From contig CAVRJG010000052.1 of NCBI GenBank assembly GCA_963721455.1, positions 64,001 to 128,000 of the forward strand: a stretch of 64,000 nt of DNA. The letters are read 5' to 3'. Position numbers and translations under genes: made by a program. The notes under the pieces are model-generated. The model saw only the letters and a program-made list of their open reading frames with translations, was not told where the DNA came from and ran no database searches. Positions 1-9,859 of this stretch are shown in pieces. The stretch is from an uncultured Methanosarcinaceae archaeon (lineage in GTDB: Archaea > Halobacteriota > Methanosarcinia > Methanosarcinales > Methanosarcinaceae). Position 1 is the stretch's first letter. Each line of letters begins with the position of its first letter.

Positions 1-1
1 G

Positions 2-850
2 TTTCCGATCAAGATTTCACGGGTACTCATAACAGCAGTTACCAGGCGCTGGGCCCTTGTGGCAGCTACTGAAGCCACCGGCTTTGGGACATCCGTTATT
101 ATGTGTCCCGCAGAAGCAGGGATTGAAAGGTTAGCGAGCCCCAGTGAAACCCCTGATGGAAGGCCTGGAGTTTACATCCAGATCTGTACTTTCAAATACG
201 AAGCACTGGAAGAGCAGTTGCTTGAAAGGATTGGACAGTGTGTACTTACGGCTCCTACAACTGCAGTCTTCAACGGGCTTCCTGAAGCCGAAAAACAGTT
301 TAATGTGGGCTTTAAACTCAAGTTCTTCGCAGACGGTATGGAGTCTGAAACCCAAATTGCAGGTCGAAAGGTATATAAAATCCCTATCATGGAAGGGGAC
401 TTCCTGAACGAAGAAAATATTGGGGCTATAGCTGGAATTGCAGGCGGGAACTTCTTCATTTTCGGAGACTCTCAGATGAGTGCCCTGACCGCAGCCGAAG
501 TTGCTGTTGATGCAATTGCAGAACTTGAAGGCACAATTACCCCCTTCCCTGGCGGCATTGTAGCTAGCGGCTCCAAATCCGGAGCAAACAAATACAAGTT
601 CCTAAAAGCTACTGCTAATGAGAAATTCTGCCCCTCCATAAAGGATAAGGTTGAGAACACCGAAATTCCGGCAGATGTCAATGCTGTTTATGAAATCGTC
701 ATCAATGGGCTTGATGAAGAGAGCATAAAAGCTGCCATGAAAGCAGGAATCAAAGCCGCTGTAACTGTTCCGGGCATCAAGAAAATCTCCGCAGGAAACT
801 ACGGCGGAAAACTCGGGAAATATCAGTTCAAATTACACGAGCTTTTCTGA
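2..850 (+). CDS. ftr: formylmethanofuran--tetrahydromethanopterin N-formyltransferase (5' end outside window)
   Basis: ATGFGTSVIMCPAEAG, TPDGRPG, PFPGGIVASGSK and ISAGNYGGKLG motifs; frame is open back to the window edge. Confidence 0.96.
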   Translation, partial: FPIKISRVLITAVTRRWALVAATEATGFGTSVIMCPAEAGIERLASPSETPDGRPGVYIQICTFKYEALEEQLLERIGQCVLTAPTTAVFNGLPEAEKQFNVGFKLKFFADGMESETQIAGRKVYKIPIMEGDFLNEENIGAIAGIAGGNFFIFGDSQMSALTAAEVAVDAIAELEGTITPFPGGIVASGSKSGANKYKFLKATANEKFCPSIKDKVENTEIPADVNAVYEIVINGLDEESIKAAMKAGIKAAVTVPGIKKISAGNYGGKLGKYQFKLHELF

Positions 851-878
851 GCTATAAATCTTTTTTATTTTTTTCTTG

Positions 879-1125
879 TATATTTTTCTTGTATATTTTT
901 CTTGTATATTTTTCTTGTATATTTTTCTTGTATATTTTTCTTGTATATTTTTCTTGTATATTTTTCTTGTATATTTTTCTTGTATATTTTTCTTGTATAT
1001 TTTTCTTGTATATTTTTCTTGTATATTTTTCTTGTATATTTTTCTTGTATATTTTTCTTGTAAATTTTTCTCTTGTAAATTTCTCTTGTAAATTTCTCTT
1101 GTAAATTTCTCTTGTAAATTTCTCT
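879..1125. repeat. tandem repeat, 13-bp unit TATATTTTTCTTG (about 14 perfect copies, then TAAATTTCTCTTG variants)
   Basis: direct reading; lies between convergent ftr and TraB-family genes. Confidence 0.95.
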
Positions 1126-1318
1126 TTTACAGAGTAAAGGTAGAGTAAGAAAAAGGACAGAGAAGCGATAAGGTTAATAAAAAAGAAATGCAAAAAAAGG
1201 GAAGGTTGGCTTCCCTGACTGATTTTCGAAACTATATGAAATAAAAAAGTAATATTCTGTTGCGGGCTGTTTCAGCGCTACCGGGACTTCAGGGCTATTA
1301 GAGTCCTCTTAAAGTATT

Positions 1319-2839
1319 TCAGAACCCAATAGCGTTGAAGCCGGCAAGGAGAATATCCCTCGGGTCAAGGCCAGTAACCTGCATCATGACATAAGCTCCA
1401 ACAAAAGTCCCTGTCATGCTTCCGATATTTGCGAAGCTTGCAACAAGAAGAACTCGCATAAACTTATTTTTGAACATTTCCTTGAAGGTTTCTATCCCTG
1501 CCAGGGCTTTTATGTCTGCAGTCGTAGGATTTCGCTGTCTTGCTTCTACCAGGCCAGCAAACCAGCCTGCGGCAATCAGAGGATGTAGAGTGGTTAGCCA
1601 GGCAACCGAAAAGGCGGTCAGAACTGAGTAAGGATGGCCGCCTGCGAGCAGAGTGCCGGCTGCGCTCAGGGTCCCGGTGATAATGAACCACCACCCGAAA
1701 GCTATAAAAAGAAGCTTCAGCGGAACGCCAGAAAGAAGCAGCAACAAAAAGAACGCAACTATAAGGCCGACAAAACCAAAGCCTATAACTTTGCCAATGC
1801 CGATGCGTTTCTTCGGAATCTCCATGAGAGTATTCAGGGAGGGGACACTTTTCGGATTTTTTAGATAGTTCATTACTCCGGGTTTGTGTCCAGCTCCGAT
1901 CACCACAACGACAGTTTTGTTTCCGCCTGCAACGACCCTGAGGATGCTTCCTGCAAGATACGCATCCCTTTCGTCAATGAGGACCTCAGCCGCAGTCGGG
2001 GCAAATCCCCTGAGTTCACTTACAAGGGCAGTCACAACGTCCTGCTCTGTGATCTGATCGATATCGATCTCAGTTCCTTTCCCGATTCCTATGAGGCCGC
2101 CTAGCAGGGAGCCAATCATCTTGATTTTTTCCAGGAACTTCATCTTTCCCCAGAAACGCTGAAGCGTCACCTGGATGTCCCGGTCAATTAAGGCAACTTT
2201 AGCCCCGATAGACTCGGCTTCCTCGATCGCAGAAAGCATCTCAGCGCCGGGTTTTACGCCCATATCATCGCCGATCTTTTTCTGCATATATGCAAGCAAC
2301 CACTGAATAACGTAGTAGGAGATTTTCCCTTCAGAAAGAATTTCCTTGATAGGAACCTGGCTTTCCTGCATATTTCCCTTCATACCTTCATAGCGTCCCC
2401 TGCAGAGTTCGACGGCTACAATATCTGGCTTCAGATTTCTGATAGCAGCCTTGACCTCGGCGACACTCTTTTCCGAAACATGGGCCGTACCTATGAGAAC
2501 TATTTTTGAAGGCTGGCATTCGGCCTGGTTCCCATCTGGAGATTGCGAAGATAAAGGAATTAAGATTGAATCAGGAATAGGTTCTTCAACAAATTCGGAA
2601 TTTACATCAAGCTTTGCTTCAATCCCCCCGGAATCTACTTCGGATGCCGACACAGAGACTTTACCATCCTCTGGCATGTTAATTGAATAATCAGAAAGTT
2701 TAGACTTTCCGACAGAAATTGAATTTTCTGCGGATTCTGTCACAAGTTTGTCCATAGAATATATTGACTCCTGAGATGAATTATGAAAACCGTAGTCAGG
2801 GTCCTTGTCCTGAGAATCTGTAATTTCAGGTTTGTCCAT
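1319..2839 (-). CDS. TraB/PrgY (pheromone shutdown) family membrane protein
   Basis: IGTAHVS, VAVELC, GAEM, LIDRDIQVTL, LIDERD and VVIGAGH motifs; C-terminal TM helices. Confidence 0.9.
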   Translation of the reverse strand: MDKPEITDSQDKDPDYGFHNSSQESIYSMDKLVTESAENSISVGKSKLSDYSINMPEDGKVSVSASEVDSGGIEAKLDVNSEFVEEPIPDSILIPLSSQSPDGNQAECQPSKIVLIGTAHVSEKSVAEVKAAIRNLKPDIVAVELCRGRYEGMKGNMQESQVPIKEILSEGKISYYVIQWLLAYMQKKIGDDMGVKPGAEMLSAIEEAESIGAKVALIDRDIQVTLQRFWGKMKFLEKIKMIGSLLGGLIGIGKGTEIDIDQITEQDVVTALVSELRGFAPTAAEVLIDERDAYLAGSILRVVAGGNKTVVVVIGAGHKPGVMNYLKNPKSVPSLNTLMEIPKKRIGIGKVIGFGFVGLIVAFFLLLLLSGVPLKLLFIAFGWWFIITGTLSAAGTLLAGGHPYSVLTAFSVAWLTTLHPLIAAGWFAGLVEARQRNPTTADIKALAGIETFKEMFKNKFMRVLLVASFANIGSMTGTFVGAYVMMQVTGLDPRDILLAGFNAIGF

Positions 2840-3241
2840 TGTTAATCTCTCTGCTGCGACGAATTAGAAGTGATGAATAAGAATACATCACTTAAAGGAT
2901 TGTATTTAATCGTATGAATAATTAAGCTCCCCACATAAAATAACCGAGCTACAAGCAGATAATTAACTGATGGTAATTACCTGCCAGGGATTTATATTTT
3001 GCTGCCTTTTGAATTTTCACCCTTTAGTTCTATAGTCCTTATTTTATATAATTATTTATAAACTTATTTGATATATTTCTGTAAAGCCTCTATCCATAAA
3101 GAACTTAAGAAAGAAATATCTTTTGATAAAATTTTCTTTTGATAAAAAGCCCTTTTTAATAAAAATTTCCTTTTAATAAATTTTTTTTAATAAATTTCCT
3201 TTGATTAAAAAAATTTCTTTGATGAGGAAGCATTTTAAATA

Positions 3242-4336
3242 TTACTCTGACCTGAGTTTCAAGATTCGTACAAGATCTGTTCTTGAAAGGATTCCTACAA
3301 CCTCCCCATTATCAATGACCATAACCCTTCCTATGTTCTTAGACGAAACCAGCTTCAGGACATCGCTGGCCTGCGCGTCCGAAGGTACGGATATGATATC
3401 TTTGGTCATGATATCCGAAACCAGGGCAACAGGGCGTTCAAGATATGGAACACGCTGGATGTCAGTAAAGGTCACGATTCCTCTCAGGCTGTCTCCTTCT
3501 ATTACAGGATAACCCATGTGTTTTTTCTCAAACATAAACTGGACCAGGTCTTCAACGCTCATGGAAGGATTAACGGAAACGACATTCTTTGTCATGATAT
3601 CCCTGACCATGATATTTTCGAGAGTTACCTCGGCCCGAGTAGAACGTTCCTCTTCAGATGCGCCGACGTAAATAAAAAGCGCGATCAGAGGGAACCACAG
3701 ATTCCCGACAAGAATTCCAAAAATTGCCATTAGAATGGCAAAAAACTTCCCGACGGCTGCTGCACTCTGGGTAGCTTTCACATAAGACATTTTTCTTGCA
3801 TAGAAGGAGCGGAGCACTCTGCCTCCGTCCATTGGAAAAGCAGGCAGCAGGTTGAAAATCCCGAGTATGAGGTTCATGGCTCCAAGAATCCAGAGAGTAA
3901 AGTATACCGGGTTTTGAGAAAGCGAAGGGTTGGGAAAAATAAGATTTCCATATATAAAGAGGCAGATAGAGCCTATTACAAGGCTCGTCAAAGGTCCGGC
4001 AAAGGCCATTTTTGCTTCCTGTCCGGGTTTCCTGGGCATCTCTTCCATAGCCGATACTCCTCCAAAAAGGAAGAGAGTGATACTCTCAATATTGACCCCG
4101 TAACGCCTTGCCATATATGAGTGTGCAAGTTCATGTAAAAGAATTGAAGCAAAAAGCAGAATAGCAGTCAGGACTGAAAGCGCATACCTCGTGATAGGCG
4201 GCTCAACTCCCTCAAAACCAAATGGCTGCGGGTTTATCGCAAACAAATAAGCAAACATGGGCAGTATCAGAAGAAAAGTTATGTGCAGTTTGATAGGTAT
4301 ACCCATTATACTCCCTATTTTCAATGACGATTTCAT
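3242..4336 (-). CDS. site-2 (M50) membrane metalloprotease with C-terminal CBS pair
   Basis: HELAH zinc motif, NLLPAFPMDGG, two CBS repeats. Confidence 0.93.
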   Translation of the reverse strand: MKSSLKIGSIMGIPIKLHITFLLILPMFAYLFAINPQPFGFEGVEPPITRYALSVLTAILLFASILLHELAHSYMARRYGVNIESITLFLFGGVSAMEEMPRKPGQEAKMAFAGPLTSLVIGSICLFIYGNLIFPNPSLSQNPVYFTLWILGAMNLILGIFNLLPAFPMDGGRVLRSFYARKMSYVKATQSAAAVGKFFAILMAIFGILVGNLWFPLIALFIYVGASEEERSTRAEVTLENIMVRDIMTKNVVSVNPSMSVEDLVQFMFEKKHMGYPVIEGDSLRGIVTFTDIQRVPYLERPVALVSDIMTKDIISVPSDAQASDVLKLVSSKNIGRVMVIDNGEVVGILSRTDLVRILKLRSE

Positions 4337-4842
4337 GAAATAAATGCCCCCATCCTCATTTCTATAATATCAGATACGTGATAAAACGGTAAATTTGAAT
4401 TTCAAAAAACTCCTGGCTTATTATATCTTTATTAAATTATGAATTTTTAAGTTATAAACCTTAACCTGAAATCTGAACTTTAAACACTGAATCCAGAATA
4501 CTGCAAATCCCTATTACTTATCGGCAAATCAGAACTTGTCATTAGTTCCAGTCATAAAGTTCTCCTCATAAAGTTCTCCTCATAAAAATAACTGATCCAT
4601 GTGCTATTTGGCAATAATATTATAGATATTTGCTTGTGTGTGATTAACAAACTAGCAAATTTAGAAAAAATACTGAGAGAAAGAAATGTAAGGTAAGTGT
4701 AGATAAAGGGAAGGAAAAGAGAAAGAGAAGGAAAAGAGAAAGAGAAGGAAAAGGGAAGGAAAAGGGAGATATCAGGTTGAAAAAGATAATTAATAGTTTT
4801 AAAGTTTTTAATTAATAATTTTAAAGTTTTCAATTCATGGCT

Positions 4843-6030
4843 TTAAAGTTCTGCTGTTACTTTTTTTAGATCTTGGAGAAATTCTTCGATGTCCCGGGCT
4901 GTGTTGTGAGGCATCAGAACTAGACGGAGAGATCTGGGGGTACGGGTAATTGAGACGTTCCACCCGAACTTCCTGAGGAGCCGCTCCCGGACAAGGTCAG
5001 GGCTCGGAACTCTCAGGGCAATTACGTTCATTACAGGTTCGAGCAGAGGTTCAAAACCGAGTTTTCGAGCTTCTTCGACCAGTTTTGCGGTAAGCTGCAT
5101 GCAATATTGTACATTTTTTACGTATCCTTCACGGCCTAGATGCTTCATGACAGCATATGTGGCAGCAGCTGAAGCCCCGCTGCGGGTGCCTGTAAGAGTA
5201 AACTGCGCCTTTGTGGTAAGATATGGAGTACTCACCTTGAGGGAATCCAGGAAAGAAGGAGACCTGAATAACAGGGCACCTGATGGGATTGTGGAAAGGC
5301 CCATCTTGTGGGGATCTAGTGCAATGGATGTAACGCCTGGTACTTTGAAATCAAAAGGATACGGATTTTCAAGGAAAGGGATTACAAAGCCTCCGAAAGC
5401 TGCATCGATGTGAAGGAAAAGTTCATGTTCAAGAGCAAGTTTTGCGAGTTCCTCAACAGGATCTACCTGGCCAAATTCCGTGTTTCCTGCAATCCCTACG
5501 AGCCCTATAGTATTTGCATCTATAAGGCTCTCCACAGAGGCCGGGTCCACTTTGAACTCAGAATCCAGAAGAGCTCTTTTAACTTCGATACCCATCATAT
5601 CGGCGACCTTATCAAATGAAAAATGAGCCGATTCTGGAATGACTATATTGGGAATTTTCCCTAACTCTTTCTTTCCTGCAATTACGATGTTTTTCATGCC
5701 CCTGACAGCCTGGATGTTGGATTCGGTGCCTCCTGTCGTAAGGTAACCGCAAACCGAGCTCTCACAGAAATCCCCAAAGTGGGTTTCGACAGACGGAGCA
5801 TGAAGAAGTTCCCCCAGCATCCTGATCACTTCTTTTTCCAGCCTGTGAGCGCCTGCAAAAAGCCCCAGGTCGCCCAGGTTGGCCTCAATAAAGAGCCTGT
5901 GAGCTTCAACCGCGATTTTATGAGGGTGAGTGCACATTGAACTTAAAACCCTATAATAGTCCGTATCTTCTGACTTTACATTTTCCAGATAGGAAAATAT
6001 TTCTTTTTCAGAAAGACCCTGCTCATTCAT
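4843..6030 (-). CDS. mfnA: L-tyrosine/L-aspartate decarboxylase (methanofuran biosynthesis, PLP group II)
   Basis: SSMCTHPH, ANLGD, GGTESN, HIDAAFGG and DPHKMG (PLP lysine) motifs. Confidence 0.92.
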   Translation of the reverse strand: MNEQGLSEKEIFSYLENVKSEDTDYYRVLSSMCTHPHKIAVEAHRLFIEANLGDLGLFAGAHRLEKEVIRMLGELLHAPSVETHFGDFCESSVCGYLTTGGTESNIQAVRGMKNIVIAGKKELGKIPNIVIPESAHFSFDKVADMMGIEVKRALLDSEFKVDPASVESLIDANTIGLVGIAGNTEFGQVDPVEELAKLALEHELFLHIDAAFGGFVIPFLENPYPFDFKVPGVTSIALDPHKMGLSTIPSGALLFRSPSFLDSLKVSTPYLTTKAQFTLTGTRSGASAAATYAVMKHLGREGYVKNVQYCMQLTAKLVEEARKLGFEPLLEPVMNVIALRVPSPDLVRERLLRKFGWNVSITRTPRSLRLVLMPHNTARDIEEFLQDLKKVTAEL

Positions 6031-6414
6031 ATAGATAAGGTAAAACCAGTTTTAGTTAAAAGACTTATGGAATATGACCATGAAATTGCTTAATACGCTC
6101 TTTATGATACTCAAAGAAAGTCCAACTAATCTGTGATAGTATAATTACAAAAAAGGTTCACAAGAAAAATATGTGAGCACTCATAGGTTGAGTAAATACT
6201 AGCAAAATAGATGAAAAAATGAGAAATTTCAGTGGTAGAAAAAAAATGAAAAATGGAAAAAATAAAAAAAATGAAAAAAACCTGGAATTTAGATAGTAGA
6301 AAAAGAAATGAAAATATGAAGCAAAATATGGATATTATGTTTACTTAGTATAGATTTTATTAAAAACAGGAACGGAAGGGTATTGTAATCGTAAGAATGT
6401 CCTGAGCAAAGAGG

Positions 6415-6762
6415 GACCCCTTCATTTCCACTGGAGGGGTTTCAAGGATTGTAAAGAGAGCAAATTTTCCTTAAGATATCAAAAATATTAATAATAATAG
6501 TAAAATAAAATTTACTAAAACAACAGAATTGAGATTAAATTTTACAATTAATTTCTCAAAAATTTCTCACAAAATTCTAAATAAAATTTATTTTATTATA
6601 ATAAACTATATATACTATTAATTTTATAACTAAACAACGGTATTTTGCTCTTTAACTAAATAAAACAAAGTTTTATTTTGCTACTTAGAATATCTAAACC
6701 TCTTCACTGGAAACAATGGGGTCCGGGGGTTATATAAACGTTCCAGTGGAAATACAGGGGTC
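6415..6762. promoter_or_regulatory. putative replication origin core: inverted ORB boxes flanking an AT-rich DUE
   Basis: minus-strand ORB CTCCAGTGGAAATGAAGGGGTC (6415-6436); very AT-rich 6480-6700; plus-strand ORBs TTCACTGGAAACAATGGGGTC (6703-6723) and GTTCCAGTGGAAATACAGGGGTC (6740-6762); same intergenic region as cdc6. Confidence 0.85.
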
Positions 6763-6784
6763 TCTACTGAAAAATCCCTCGCCT

Positions 6785-6968
6785 TCTTTCATTTCCTTCG
6801 TTTTCTTTCATTTCCTTCGTTTCTTTCATTTCCTTCGTTTCTTTCATTTCCTTTCGTTTCTTTCATTTCCTTCGTTTCTTTCATTTCCTTCATTTCTTTC
6901 ATTTCCTTCATTTCTTTCATTTCCTTCATTTCTTTCATTTCCTTCGTTTCTTTCATTTCCTTCGTTTT
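6785..6968. repeat. tandem repeat, 18-bp pyrimidine-rich unit TTCTTTCATTTCCTTC(G/A)T, about 10 copies
   Basis: direct reading. Confidence 0.9.
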
Positions 6969-6996
6969 CTTTCCATTTACTTTTTTTACCCATTTA

Positions 6997-8266
6997 GGCA
7001 GTGTACCGAAAGTTCTGTAAAATATGATTGACTCTGTATCCTTTTCTTTTCACCACAAAAAAACAGGATGCAGAGTCAATGGTTAATTTGTTCTCACTCA
7101 TAAAAGATTATCTTGTCGATCAGGAAGATGGAATTCGCCAGCTAATTACCTGGTTTTTAAACCTTGCAATGGAGGAGGAAGCCCTCCTCCAAGCTGGTGC
7201 ACAACGTTATGAGCGGACTGATTCCCGTAAAGCCAGTAGAAATGGCTACAAACCCCGAACTCTCCTGACCAAGCATGGGAAACTCGAATTATTAAAGCCT
7301 CAATTCCGTGAGTTTCCCTTTGAAACCCAGGTGTTTGAGAAGTATTCGAGAGTTGAAAAGGCCATCTTAACCGCTATAGCGGAATCTTACCTTCAGGGTG
7401 TTTCCACCCGTAGGGTGGAAAGAAGATCATGATCGCTTTAGGAGTAGGTGAAATCTCAGCCTCTTCTGTTTCCAGGATTACTAAAGAACTGGATGAAAAG
7501 GTTGAAGAATTCCTCTCAAAACGAATAGAACATGAAATTCCTTACTTGTTTATTGATGCGACTTATTTCAAGGTAAGAGATGGGCTTCATTATGAAAACA
7601 AAGCTCTCTTCGTAGTTGCTGGGATCAGGGATGACGGTTACCGAGAGATACTTGGAACAAGATTGGCAGACAGTGAAGCTTCTATGTTCTGGGAAGATCT
7701 ATTCGAGGATCTGAAAGAAAGAGGGTTAAGAGGTGTCAAGTTAATCGTTTCTGATGGTCATAAAGGAATACAGAAAGCAGTCAGAGAATCCTTTATTGGA
7801 TCAAGTTGGCAGATGTGTCATGTACATCTGACAAGACAAGTTCTCAAGAAGGTGCCAAAAAAGAAGCAGAAAGAAGTGGCTGAGAAGATAAAAGAAGCAT
7901 TAGTCGACCGTCAGAACTTGAATCACCTGATTAGGGAACTGGACAGTATGGGGTATAAAAGCGCAGCTGATACCCTTGAAAGTTTTCAGTATGATGTAAT
8001 GAACTATATGCAGTTTCCAGAAAAACACTGGAAAAAAATAAGGACAACAAATATGATGGAAAGGACTAACAAGGAACTCAAAAGAAGAAGCAAGGTAGTT
8101 GGAGCATTTCCTAACCAGGACTCAGTATTGAGACTTGTAGTCTCAATACTAATTGATATAAATGAAGACTGGATCACAGGAAACAAGTATATAGTAATGG
8201 AACAGTAATCAAAAAAGAAGACGAAGGGGTAGAGAGTAGATTTTACAGAAAATTAGGCACACTGCC
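6997..8266 (+). mobile_element. IS256-family insertion sequence (1270 bp)
   Basis: 27-bp imperfect terminal inverted repeats GGCAGTGTACCGAAAGTTCTGTAAAAT / GGCAGTGTGCCTAATTTTCTGTAAAAT; 8-bp target duplication CCCATTTA at 6989-6996 and 8267-8274; encloses a Mutator-type transposase. Confidence 0.95.
7079..8208 (+). pseudogene. IS256-family DDE transposase split by a frameshift near 7420
   Basis: ORF 7028-7432 (RNGYKPR, YLQGVSTRRV) continues in another frame as 7429-8208 (FIDATY, VSDGHKG, WQMCHVH, RTTNMMERTNKELKRR). Confidence 0.88.
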
Positions 8267-8758
8267 CCCATTTACCTTCCTTTTATCCTTTTAACTTCGT
8301 TTACACCACTTTAATCTCTTTTTTCACACAAATTTGGAGATAATTTGTTAAACTCCCAGTTCGTTAAAACTTTCGATGAATAAAAGTCCCATAAAAATAG
8401 ATCAGAGTAGGAAGTATTCAAGGAAATTCTCTGGAGGAAAAGTACTTTGGAGCTTATCTAAATTCGATCCTATTTTACCATGCCTAATTGTACGATTGTA
8501 CGATTGTACAGGTAACATATTGAACTGAAATAATTTGAAGTAAGAACTAAAACTGCCGCATAAGCAGTCCTATTTTATATAAAATTTTTTATTCTTTAAA
8601 TTTAAGTAAAAAAGTCAAAAATATTTATACTATTTTCCATACGAAAAGAGGGATTTAAATTTGACCTCCATTGTTTCTGGAATCCTGAATCTTTTGTTTT
8701 AAAAACACTGTGTCTGTTGATATTGGTTTCGGTGGTAGATATTTAAGGTAATAGCCAT

Positions 8759-8780
8759 TTCCAGTGGAAGTGAACGGGTC
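8759..8780 (+). promoter_or_regulatory. ORB-like box upstream of cdc6
   Basis: TTCCAGTGGAAGTGAACGGGTC resembles the origin ORBs. Confidence 0.6.
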
Positions 8781-9859
8781 TTTACCATAACTATTAATAT
8801 GGTGTACTTCCATTGCATCTACTGCAAATATAGCTTAAAATTACTTGCTTATATATCAATTCCATCTAAAATTTTGAATAAAGAATGTCTCGAATATAGG
8901 TTTTATCAGGGCTTGAGAAGTGGTCCAACACTTCAGACTTGCCCGCCATTTAAGAAGCAGTTTGTAGAGAATAAGAATTTCAGGCATTAACTATAAGAAA
9001 CATGTATTTTCTATCCCCTTCTCTTATGAGCGGAAATTCATAAGGTTTCTTATAAAAAGCGTAAAGAATATGAAGTAAAATTCCAAAAATCATAAAGTAA
9101 ACTTTAGTTCTAAGTTTTGAGAACCAAAAGTTTATCTCTTTCCAAATGCCCCAATGTTCACAACCATCTAAAGACCCTTGATAATCATTACAGTAATCAC
9201 CTGAAAACGATGTAATGTCTATTACAATGTTAATTGAAAGCTGTCCAGTAATATATGATCATAAATATGATCATAATTATCTAAAATATTTGAGCAGGAA
9301 GACTATGAAAAGATAGCTCTAAAATCTAAAAAGATAGCTCTAAAAGGACAGATATTCGATGGCTGTGAATTCAGAAAACTGAGAATTGAAGGCAGCTTAA
9401 ATTCCCCCTGGCTTCAGGCAACAAGTAAACGCTTAAAAGCACTTAATATCGCTTAAAAACAGTTAAAAAAGCTTAACTTCTGAAGGCATTCTGGCCTTAA
9501 GAAGTATGATCTTCAGAATCCCAGAGAGTTTGAAATTGAAATTTGCAGGTTTATCCTGCAGCTGAAAGCTTGAAAAACATAATAACACAGCTCCCTAAAA
9601 ACATACTTCCTGAACAGGATTTTCAATTACTTGAACTTATGACAGTAATTGGGAACATAATTGGGAACATAATTGGAAAAAATATATTGTATGGTTTATC
9701 TACTGTATTAATTAATTGTATCTATTATTTAAATAATTGTATCTATTATTAATTACTGTATTAATTTAATTGAATTTATTAATTATCTTCGCTAAAAATA
9801 TATCTACTGTCTTAACCCGTTGCATTCTGGGTATCATCAATTTTTATAGAGGGTCATTC

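Noticed and set aside
852-1193. ORFs with periodic KYTRKIYKKNIQE / YIFLVYFSCIFFL sequences
   Set aside because: Translations of the 13-bp tandem repeat, not genes.
6716-6997. 93-aa ORF with FPSFLS repeats
   Set aside because: Read-through of ORB boxes and the 18-bp repeat.
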